Positions 23,887 to 34,316 of a stretch of DNA of 64,000 bases are shown here, one piece after another; the stretch's first letter is position 1; each line of letters opens with the position of its first letter. The DNA comes from Geosiphon pyriformis uo1. Its lineage: Eukaryota > Fungi > Glomeromycota. The notes under the pieces are model-generated. The model saw only the letters and a program-made list of their open reading frames with translations, was not told the DNA's origin and ran no database searches. The translations under genes and the position numbers were made by a program. The stretch covers positions 124,001 through 188,000 of the forward strand of contig JAAOMT010000503.1 in assembly GCA_016748015.1 (NCBI GenBank), read 5' to 3'.

Positions 23887-26800
23887 TCAAATGGGTGTTG
23901 GTTTTGTTTTCTGATCTTGCCTTATTCTTGAGAGACAATCAACATTGGTGTGGAGTTTTCCTAATTTGTGGTGTACGATGTATTGGTAATTAGCTAAAAA
24001 TCCTGTCCATCGGGTTTGTTTTGCATTCAGCTGGGTGTTTTTGTTTTGAAGCCATTTAAGTCCAATATTATCAGTGATAATATCAAATTCTTTGGGTCTG
24101 AGATAAAGGTTGAAGTGATGTAGGGCCCAGATTACTGCTGCGGTTTCTAATTCTGTTGCGGGGTAGTTCTTTTCGGCTGGTTTTAATGTTCTACTAGCAT
24201 AAGCAATTACTCGCTCATTTCNNNNNNNNNNNNNNNNNNNNNNNNNNNNNNNNNNNNNNNNNNNNNNNNNNNNNNNNNNNNNNNNNNNNNNNNNNNNNNN
24301 NNNNNNNNNNNNNNNNNNNNNNNNNNNNNNNNNNNNNNNNNNNNNNNNNNNNNNNNNNNNNNNNNNNNNNNNNNNNNNNNNNNNNNNNNNNNNNNNNNNN
24401 NNNNNNNNNNNNNNNNNNNNNNNNNNNNNNNNNNNNNNNNNNNNNNNNNNNNNNNNNNNNNNNNNNNNNNNNNNNNNNNNNNNNNNNNNNNNNNNNNNNN
24501 NNNNNNNNNNNNNNNNNNNNNNNNNNNNNNNNNNNNNNNNNNNNNNNNNNNNNNNNNNNNNNNNNNNNNNNNNNNNNNNNNNNNNNNNNNNNNNNNNNNN
24601 NNNNNNNNNNNNNNNNNNNNNNNNNNNNNNNNNNNNNNNNNNNNNNNNNNNNNNNNNNNNNNNNNNNNNNNNNNNNNNNNNNNNNNNNNNNNNNNNNNNN
24701 NNNNNNNNNNNNNNNNNNNNNNNNNNNNNNNNNNNNNNNNNNNNNNNNNNNNNNNNNNNNNNNNNNNNNNNNNNNNNNNNNNNNNNNNNNNNNNNNNNNN
24801 NNNNNNNNNNNNNNNNNNNNNNNNNNNNNNNNNNNNNNNNNNNNNNNNNNNNNNNNNNNNNNNNNNNNNNNNNNNNNNNNNNNNNNNNNNNNNNNNNNNN
24901 NNNNNNNNNNNNNNNNNNNNNNNNNNNNNNNNNNNNNNNNNNNNNNNNNNNNNNNNNNNNNAATTTCTAAATTATTTAATAAAATTATGGGGTAATTATT
25001 GGGGTTGTAAAAAGTAACTCGGACTTTCTTTGTTCCTTCTGGAATATAAATGTTTGGGATCAAAATATTATGTTCCAAGCAGATTTGTTCATTGGACTCA
25101 AAAATTTGTTGTGTGGTTGTTGGCTTTGTGCAAGTGTAAATTTCTGGATGTTTTCCAAAGGGTGAGATGGTAATTGGTTGTGGAAGTCTGAGAATCTGGT
25201 GGGATTTGTTCTGTGTGTTAAGAGCTATATTAACTGGAACTGTGAATCGTCCAGTTAAACCAAAACCTTGAGTTCCTCTATCGCTTTTTCCTAATTGTTC
25301 TCTTTGATTGACTAGTTGCAAACCCGAAATGTTGATTAAGGATAGGTAAATAGCTTGGGCAATTTTTTCAGCATGTTTGATCTTGAATAGTTTGTCAGTC
25401 TCATTTTGAAGCATCACTGTTATGTCTTCAGTATATCCAGCATCGATTATTCCTCCTCTGACATTGATTCCTTTGCTTGCCAGAGAGAACCAAGAGGCGA
25501 TTTGAACCATTGCTCTTGGTGGGATTTTGAGTGCAATTTTGAGATTGATTTTTGTGAGAGATTTGGGTTTGAGAACAAGAGTATCCTTGCCTGGATATCT
25601 TAGGTCATATCCAGCATCAATTTCATGTGCTTTTTCAGGTTTTATTCCTTGTCCGTTGTTGTTAAAGTATTTAAGTTGTAAGGCAGGCTGATTTTCGATA
25701 AGGTAGATGAGTGTTGTTTCAATTTCTTCCATTTCTTCAGGTTCTCCAAATTCAATTTCATTCTCATTATTTTCGCTGGGCAAGGGGATACTAAGAGCAT
25801 AGCATTCGGAACACCATTGTTCATCGCAAAGCAAAGTGCATTCTTCACATAGCCTAATGTTCATTTGCTCTAATTGTTGAATTTGAGCTTCTTGGGTCAG
25901 GTAGGTGTGACTTGCAATTTGGTGATAGACTTCTACTTCATCTTCATAATCAAATCCAGCTAATTCCATAGTGTATTCAATGTATTCTGCTTCTTTCATC
26001 TGACGAACATCTTCTTTGGTAGCTCCATTAATTAATGCCATTGCTAAGTCAAAAATCATCTCGGCATCATGAGGGTAGTGATAAAGTTTGTTGAGAGCAC
26101 TGTTGTATGCTGCATTAAAGGGTGTTCCTCTTTTTACTTTTTCTGAAATTGATAAGACATATTGGCAGGTCTGATCACAGATGCCTCTTCTCATTGCTAC
26201 ATCAATCCAATTGCATTCTTCTGGTAGCATATCTCCACAAGTCAAACAAGCAGTGTTGTCCCATTTTCTGCTCCTTTTTATTAGATGGCCCCATTGTTCT
26301 CTGTGGCAAGCCTTGCAGTAATAACAAGTGTGATTCTCATATTCTTCTTCAGGTGAAATGCAGGCTCTCATTGACGATAATTTCTTGTGGCAGTCCTTAC
26401 ATTTAAGGAGAATATAGGGGCATTGTTTTCTTAGTTCAGGTTTTGAGTAAGGTATATTTCATCCAGAGGTTTCGGGTTTAGTGTGTGGGGTAAAATGTTC
26501 TTGTTCTGTTTCATCGGCCTAGTTGGACATTGATCCAAGAGCCATGAATGTTTCGATTATTGGTTTTTCTTCTTCTGGTTCAAATTCAAAAGCTGGGGCT
26601 TTTTCAGAGCGTTTGTTGAATGTACCACAAATGGCAGGTACCCAGGCATGTTGTCCTTGGTAGGAAATTGTTAACTCTTGTGTTTCCCAGTTTAGATTAG
26701 CATTGGCTTTTTGAAGCCAATTATTTCCGATGAGAGCTTGGTACTGGGGTGCATCCATTACAAGAACTTTGACTGGAATGGTGATTCCATCAAGAATGAA

Positions 26801-29032
26801 TGGAAAATTGTCAATTTCTCTTACTGGTGTCTTTTTCATGCCATCAGCAGTGACAATTACTGTTTGAGCTGGTCAGTCGACATTTCTTTTCAACTGTTGC
26901 ATTAGCTGGTAGGTAATAATGCTTCCGGCGGATCCACTGTTTAGGATCAAGCAAATTGGCTTTCCTTCTACTTCAGCTTCTGTGTACATTGCAGTGATGG
27001 CTTTTTGCTCATTAGCCACTGCATTGCTAAGCAAGAATGGTGATTCATTTGCTTCAAATTCAAAAGGAAAGATATCAGAGAGATTGGCGTTTTCAGCAAT
27101 TCGGGCTGGTAGAATAGTAGTGTGATTATGAAAAGGGTTTTGTTATTGTTGTGCTGCAGCTTTATTTTCCGAAAGTGTAGTATGGTAAAAATCCTGTTCT
27201 TCTGGCATTGTTAAATAACTGGGTTGAGTGTGGTAGTGGTTGGGTCTTGGTTGAGTGGAATTTCGGGGAACCAATTGGTTGTTCAGACTGATTCTATTGT
27301 TGTTTACTTGGTATCAGTTTTGTGGTGTGAATTGATTTTGTGTAATCAGTCTTTGAGCAGGCACTTGATAATGTTGTGTGGGTGGTTGTTGGTATTGCTG
27401 TTGGATTGGTTGTGGGGCAGGCTGATAATAGTTATTTTGGTACTGGGATCTTGGTGGATAGTAAACTGGTGGTGATGGTTGATAATAAGATTGCTGTGGT
27501 GGAGAGTAACGTTGATTACCCCTGTTTTGTTGGTCTCGCTGTAGCTTTCTGCAATCTCTTTTTCAGTGGCCAGAAATTCCACAGTAATGGCAATTCTGGG
27601 GCTGGTTATTTGAAAGTGGTGCAAAGTTATTTTGATTTCGTCTTTGGGGTGGTTGATATCTTTGGGGTTGTTGTTGTTGTTGGTTGGTAAAATAGTTTTT
27701 GACCTTCTTTGTAAGTTGGTCAATTTTTTCCTCAGCTGCTGAGCTGGTTTCTCCAATTGCCAAATTTACAAGTTTTGTACGATTGGCCTTTTCCATGGCT
27801 ATTTCGTATCTTTTCGCATGCTTGATGACAGAGTTTAAATCTTCTGGCGCATGTGGGCGAACCTTTTTAATTAATTTATCTTTTAGACCAGCAATAAATT
27901 GATCCAAGATTTGAGCATTGGAATAATAATCATTTGTCTCGAGTTGGTGAATCCGTCTGAGAAGTTTGTTGAATTTCCCAATATAAGTCATAACGGATTC
28001 GGAGGGTTCTTGTTTGATATTTCAAAAACGATTGCGAAGAGTGATAGAGGTATTATTGTCAGTAAACTGTTCAAGGAAGGCTGCTTTGAAAGCATTCCAA
28101 TCATTGAATGGGGTGGCAAGGTTTTCAAACCATTCTTCTGCTGTTTCTTTGAGAAAGTAGGGAATCGTTCTTAACATTCTGGCAATGTTCCATCTATTTG
28201 CATCTCCAGCTTTAGTAACTTGGTCAAGCCATTCTTGGGGACTGGTCTCAATATCTTCTCCATTGAATTCAGGGATTTTTGCAATATATGTTGTCATTTC
28301 GTATTCTTTGTTTTCACTGTCTATTGATTCTTCTTCGGTTATTTCAGAGTTGTTTTCTTCGTTTGCTGCTGTCTTAGAGTGTTCACTTTGATTTTCAGCT
28401 AGAAAATCAAGAAGATTAGAACTAGTTTGAAGGGGTTCTTGTTGTTTGGTAGAACTTCTGAGTGATGTAAAATCTTCTGGTCTTGCAAATCGATTCAAGG
28501 GTGAATTAGGTGTTTGTGCTTGTGCAAGTGAAGCTGGAAAAGGTGTGATAGTAAGTGGAAGTTTTGAACTGGTTCCTTGTTTAGGTGTTTGTAAATGTTT
28601 GGCAGTTGTTTTTGGTAGTGTTAGAGTATTTGGGGTGGTTCTTGAATATTGCTTTAATTTGTTTTTGCCTTTGTTGCTTGTTTCTGTTTCCAATTCAAAA
28701 TCGATAGTGTATTGAGACTGCACTGGATATGTTTCTTCACAGNNNNNNNNNNNNNNNNNNNNNNNNNNNNNNNNNNNNNNNNNNNNNNNNNNNNNNNNNN
28801 NNNNNNNNNNNNNNNNNNNNNNNNNNNNNNNNNNNNNNNNNNNNNNNNNNNNNNNNNNNNNNNNNNNNNNNNNNNNNNNNNNNNNNNNNNNNNNNNNNNN
28901 NNNNNNNNNNNNNNNNNNNNNNNNNNNNNNNNNNNNNNNNNNNNNNNNNNNNNNNNNNNNNNNNNNNNNNNTGCAGTGGGTGTAAATTGATTGGTAATAC
29001 TCTAGAGTTGTTGCGTCTGGTGTGGTCACCAC
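23887..29032 (-). pseudogene. gag-pol of C (single frame from GTG 29032 through dUTPase; RT hidden by Ns; RNase H end at 23887-24221)
   Basis: ORFs starting at 29032, 27991, 26839 and 26371 are mutually in frame. Motifs: CHYCGISGH, DAGYDL, GGIIDAGYT, RGTQGFG; RNase H ends VDCLSRIRQDQKTKPTPI*. Confidence 0.92.
24222..24961. other. Assembly gap (740 N)
   Basis: Run of n. The equivalent interval in B is ~1.25 kb, so the gap size is probably underestimated. Other gaps are at 28743-28971 and 61685-61703. Confidence 0.98.
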
Positions 29033-29059
29033 TTTGAATTTGTTTTTGCTGTGTTATTT

Positions 29060-29075
29060 CCGTGGGAGAGCACCA
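29060..29075 (-). promoter_or_regulatory. PBS of C
   Basis: Minus strand TGGTGCTCTCCCACGG after LTR+TT; implies a primer tRNA ending ...GAGAGCACCA (identity not assigned). Confidence 0.88.
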
Positions 29076-29077
29076 AA

Positions 29078-30056
29078 TGTTACCGGAGGTTTTTGGTCTC
29101 TTTTCTTAAATGTTGTTGATGCTTGTTTGCTGTGAATTCACGTTTTCTGGATGTAGTTGAACCTCCAGTAACTGAATTTATCTTCAAATTATCTCCTATA
29201 ATTTGAACTGCTGGGCTTATAAGTGGAATGGCCAATTCCTTGCCAGTTGCTTTATGTAGTTACATTGTAGTAAACGTCAACTCTTTCCCAGGAATTGCTC
29301 ATCTGGAAGCTCACTAAAAATGTGTAGTTACTTTACTGTGAAAGTCAACTCTTCTACAGGGATCTCGTCTGTAGGCTACCCTAATGGTTGTAATAAGAAA
29401 AGAAAATAAAATAAAAGAAATGTAAAAGAAATAGAATTCTGTCAAGGGAAACATTTTCTATCCAGGCCTGGAGTTACTAACAGTTTACTGAAATTGGTAG
29501 TTAATCAATTTCGAAATGTTAGTTGGGTTTTGGGGATTTTCCAAGTACAATAATTAAAGAATTTGGTTTTTTAAATTATTTGATATTTATTTCTTTTTGT
29601 GTGTAGAAGAATGGTTTTTAAGAGATAAATCTAAGGTAAGATACATTTTCTCGAAGAAAGAAGCTCTTCTTTTATACAACTTGTCATAACACTATTCTAT
29701 GAACTTGAACTTTGCTATTTTCTAAAATTTCACTGAACTAAAGATATATTTTGGCAAATAACAAGTTATTTCAGCAAACTATTAGATATTTCGGTGAACT
29801 ATCAATTATTTTGGCGAATTTCTACAAATTTTGGCAAACTTCTGAATGTTACATAGTTCGGGGTATTACATGATTGATCATCGCAATTAAGTTACATTTG
29901 CGTTGTGTACAATTTGGGTTATTAATTAAATGATAATTTCGGACATTTTTGCTAATGTAATAAGTGATCATTTGAAATGATAATATATGCTAATTAATGA
30001 TAGGAATTATAAGATAATTTCATGCTAAATAATATCTCTAATTTCGTCTGGTAACA
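29078..30056 (-). repeat. 5' LTR of C
   Basis: Near-identical to 20909-21887; differences are mostly transitions. Confidence 0.96.
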
Positions 30057-30124
30057 ATACCAACATCAACACCAACAAAACACCAACAAACTTAACAACA
30101 AAACAAACAACAAGATTAACAACA

Positions 30125-32470
30125 ATGAATCCAGAAAACTACAACAACATTAAAAACTATTTGGAGACTCTCACCATGCCAGAAAATTGGTTTCCAAGTG
30201 AAAAACATCGATTACAACACCAATCCAAACAATATTTTATACATCATAACAAAATATATTACAAAAATTGTAAAAACCCAAACCAACCACTCAGATTAGT
30301 ACAGGAAAATGAAAAAGAAACAATTCTATACAACATGCATACAGATCCTTCTTCAGCATACTTGGAAAGAGATAAAACAATTCAAAAAACTCTTGAACAT
30401 TATTTTTGGTCTCACATGCAAAAAGACATTCGACAATATATAGAATCTTGTGATAATTGTCAAAGAAGAGGAGGAACTTGTCCCACAGAACCTTTAAATC
30501 CAATCAAAGTTGGACAATCTTTTGACAGAGTTGGAATTGATTTAGTCGGACCATTACCTATCACAACCCAAGGAAATTGTTATATTGTAGTTGCAGTGGA
30601 TTATCTTACCAAATGGCCTGAAGCTAGAGCCATCCAAAAAGCAGATGCAAAATCAGTAGTAAATTTCATCTATGAAGACATTATCTGTAGACATAGATGC
30701 TATTACCAGACAAAATTAGAGATATTGTTTAGCATGAAATTACCCTTATAAATCTTATCATTAATTAGCATATATTATTGTTTCAAATTATTACTTATTA
30801 CATTAGCAAAATGTCTGAAATTATTATTTAATTAATAACTCAATTTGTACATAACACAAATGTAATCTAAGTGCAATAATCAATCATGCAATACCCTGAA
30901 ATATGTAACATTCAAAAATTTGCTGAAATTTGTAGGAATTTGCCGAAATAATTAATAGTTCACCGAAATATCTAATAGTTCGCAGAAATAACTTGTAATT
31001 CGCCGAAATGTATCTTTAGTTCAGTGAAATTGTAGAAAAGAGCAAGTTCAAGTTGTATAAAAGAAGAGCTTCTTTCTTTGAGAAAATGTATCTTACTTTA
31101 GATTTATCACTTAGAACCATTCTTACACACACAAAAAGAAAAAAATATCAAATAATTCGAAAAAAACCAAATTCTTTAATTATTGTACTTGGAAAATCCT
31201 CAAAACCCAACTAATGTTTTGAAATTGATTAGCTACCAATTTCAGTAAACTATTAGTGACTCCAGGCCTGGATAGAAAACGTTTTCTTTGATAAAATCCT
31301 ATTTCTTTTACATTTCTTTTATTTTTCTTTTCTTTTCTTATTATAAGCATTAAAGTAGCTTACAGACGAGATTCCTGTAGAAGAGTTGACTTTTACAGCA
31401 AAGTAACTACATATTTTTAGTGAGCTTCCAGATGAGCAATTCCTGGGAAAGAGTTGATGTTTTCTACAATGTAACTACATAAAGTAACTGGCAAGAAATT
31501 GGCCATTCCACTTATAAGCCCAGCAGTTCAAATTATAGGAGATAATTTGAAGATAAATTCAGTTATCGGAGGTTCAAACACTTTCCATAGTCGTGAATTA
31601 ACAGCATTACAACAAACATACAAGAGCTAAGAAGAGACCAAAAACCTCTGGTAACAATGCTCAATTGAACTCTTATCTGATTAAGAAACACATTTTGTGA
31701 ACAACTTGATACAAGAAATTTGTGAACAGTTCAATGTCAAAAGACTTCTATCATCACCTTATTACTCTCAAACAAATGGACTTGTAGAACGTTTCAACAG
31801 AACATTGTGTGAATCTCTAGCCAAAGTCTCAACAAACTTTGAGCAGAAATAGGATATCTTTATTTCATCAGTGTTACTAGCATACAGAATGCTAAAACAA
31901 GATACTATGAAACACACACCATTTGATTTTATTTATAGAAGAACAGCAACATTACCAATTAATTTCACAGTGGAAACATACCCAGTGCAACTAATTAATA
32001 AAAAAAACTTTCAAAAAACACTCCAAAAAAGAGCCTACACTCTTCTTAGTACACTGGAAGAAAAAAGAAAAATAACAGCAACTCATATTGAACATTTCCA
32101 AGCTCAACAAAAAGAAAGACATGACAACAAATTACCATCTATTACCAACAAATTTAAAGTTAGAAATAAAGTTTTCTTACACAGAACTAAGGCCGAAAAA
32201 CAATGGAGTGAGAAATTTGAAAACAAATGGGATGGACCATTTTATATTCACAAAATTCTAGACAATGAATCATACAAGTTAAGACTTGATGATAAAATAC
32301 TAGCAAAAGTTGCACATGGAAACAGATTGAAACACTATCATTCCAAAAACAATCCTGAACCATTAATTCCACAAATTGGTACACATTTCTTTTTAATTAA
32401 TCTTAAAAATATTCCCCGAAATTTAGAACCAATAATTATAATAAAACAACAACCAAACTTGAACACTTAA
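30125..32470 (+). pseudogene. Integrase of B, own ATG, split by solo LTR F
   Basis: MNPENYNN...CDNC...GIDLVGP...IICRHRC | SIELLSD..THF...WDGPFY...QPNLNT*. Confidence 0.93.
30701..31656 (+). mobile_element. Solo LTR F (956 bp, B/C family)
   Basis: Ends tattacc...ggtaaca; perfect ATGC TSD (30697-30700 and 31657-31660); homologous to C LTRs. Confidence 0.95.
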
Positions 32471-32615
32471 ATTTTACAATAATTTTCTAATAAAAACACA
32501 AAGACAAAAATAGTAAATAAATTACAAAAACACCCAAACCCAAAAACAAATAAAAACTCCATATTCCAAAAATAATTTTCTTTATTCTCTCTTTTCATAA
32601 TTAGTCAATTTTATT

Positions 32616-33323
32616 ATGATTATTCTCCGAAATATTCAACAAATATCCCAAAAATTAATGTTAGTCTTAAAAACACTTCCTGACTTATCCATAATGATTA
32701 ATGGAAGTCAAATTAATTACATTCAGAAAGAAATCACAGCTCCAGTAGCAAATCATTCACAGAACTATCCCTCCTATAGAAGAAAAACAAGAAGTCACTC
32801 TGAAAATAGGTTACCAAGACTTTTGAAGCAAGCACTAAAAGAAAATCTTTTAATTGCCCCTATTGACATTCCACCAAATGCTACAATGCAACAAAAACTT
32901 CTACTACTTTTCAATGAACAGAACAATGAACACACCCTTATCTATAAATACTTTCACATTGGAAAGACACTTTATGAACAAAAAATGGAACTTGAAGCAA
33001 CAAATCTCACTCCTGAAGCTATACAAAAACAAATCCACAATGAATTCAAAACAGCAGCTGGACCAACAAACACTTGCTACAAACTTAGAGCAGCTTTTAG
33101 ACTCTATGATTTGTTTAATACTTGTGAAAATGTTTTACAAAATCCAATACTGCAACCAATGAAAGTCCAATACATTGGCAAACTCACAGAACTGAAATTT
33201 CAACAATTTTCAGACCAGATTACTTCAATTATTTTGGATCACTATCTCAATATTACAGATAGTACTTGGATTTTGATGGAGCTCAGTCTTGAAAAGGAGA
33301 TTATGTTACTAGTAGAATTTTAG
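32616..33323 (+). CDS. ORF3 of B, 235 aa, uninterrupted, unknown function (env position; overlaps the PPT and LTR start)
   Basis: Long ATG-started ORF between the integrase and the 3' LTR; homologs at the same position in C, A and D. Confidence 0.75.
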   Translation: MIILRNIQQISQKLMLVLKTLPDLSIMINGSQINYIQKEITAPVANHSQNYPSYRRKTRSHSENRLPRLLKQALKENLLIAPIDIPPNATMQQKLLLLFNEQNNEHTLIYKYFHIGKTLYEQKMELEATNLTPEAIQKQIHNEFKTAAGPTNTCYKLRAAFRLYDLFNTCENVLQNPILQPMKVQYIGKLTELKFQQFSDQITSIILDHYLNITDSTWILMELSLEKEIMLLVEF

Positions 33324-34316
33324 CTATTAATTAGCATGAAATTACCCTTATAATTCCTATAATTAATTAGTATATTAATATCATTTCAAATTATTATTTA
33401 TTATTTAATCAATTATCACATATTACGATTCAATTAAAATAATCTAATTAGTATAACAGAAAGTAAGATGATCAAATTACACAATACTCTGAACTTTGTA
33501 ACATTATAAAATTCGCCAAAATTTACAGAAATTTGCTGAAATTTATAAGAAATTTGCTGAAATTTACAGATATTCGCTGAAATTATAAATAGTTCATCCA
33601 AATTAATTAATAGTTCAGTGAAATAACTTGTAGTTCATCAAAATGTATCTTTAGTTCGCCGAAATTTGAGCAAAGAGAAAAAGTGCAAGTTTATAGACTA
33701 GTACTACAACAAGTTGTATAAAAGAAAAGCTTTTCACTTCAAGAAAATGTATCTTACTTTAGATTTATCACTTAGAATCATTTCTACACACACAAAAAGA
33801 AATAAAATATCAAATAATTTGAAAAACCAATTTCTTTAAATATTGTACTTGGAAAATCCCCAAAAACCTAACTAACATTTTGAAATTGATTAGCTACCAA
33901 TTTCAGTAAACTGTTAGTGACTCCAGGCCTGGATAGAAAACGTTTTTCTTAACAGAATTCTATTCTTTTATATTTCTTTTATTTTTTTTCTTTTTTCTTA
34001 TTATAATCATTAGGGTAGTCTACAAACAAGATTCCTGTAGAAGAGTTGACTTTTACAGCAAAGTAACTACACATTTTTAGTGAGCTTCCAGACAAGCAAT
34101 TCCTAGGAAAGAGTTGACATTTACTACAACATAACTACACAAAGCAACTGGCACAGAATTGGCCATTCCACTTATAAGTCCAGCAGTTCAAATTATAGGA
34201 GATAATTTGAAGATAAATTTAGTTATTGGAGGTTCAACTATTTCTAGAAAATGTGAATTTGCAACCAACAGACATTTACAACATTCAAGAAAAGAGACCA
34301 AAAATCTCTGGTAACA
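33304..34316 (+). repeat. 3' LTR of B (1013 bp)
   Basis: Preceded by PPT gaaaaggagatta (33291-33303); has one more ~20-bp U3 unit than the 5' LTR. Confidence 0.95.

Larger units (their letters stand above)
20909..30056 (-). mobile_element. Ty3/gypsy C (B-family), nested in B; best-preserved copy; RT lies in an N-gap
   Basis: 979-bp LTRs at 20909-21887 and 29078-30056; perfect ATAC TSD (20905-20908 and 30057-30060). Confidence 0.96.
14445..34316 (+). mobile_element. Ty3/gypsy LTR retrotransposon B (~9.8 kb after removing nested C and F)
   Basis: LTRs at 14445-15438 and 33304-34316; TSD ctgg/ttgg. The LINE frame rejoins across it (SKYYEFKVA|RNDFIKKAV, compare the second LINE ...MARNTAIQSAI). 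Confidence 0.95.

Noticed and set aside
24215-26371. 718-aa ORF; also X-containing ORFs at 28022-29032, 28712-28990 and 28729-29037
   Set aside because: Lengths are artefacts of translation through N-gaps.
32616-33323. Calling ORF3 an env gene or these elements endogenous retroviruses
   Set aside because: No visible signal peptide, fusion peptide or TM anchor, and it is too short; only the position is env-like.
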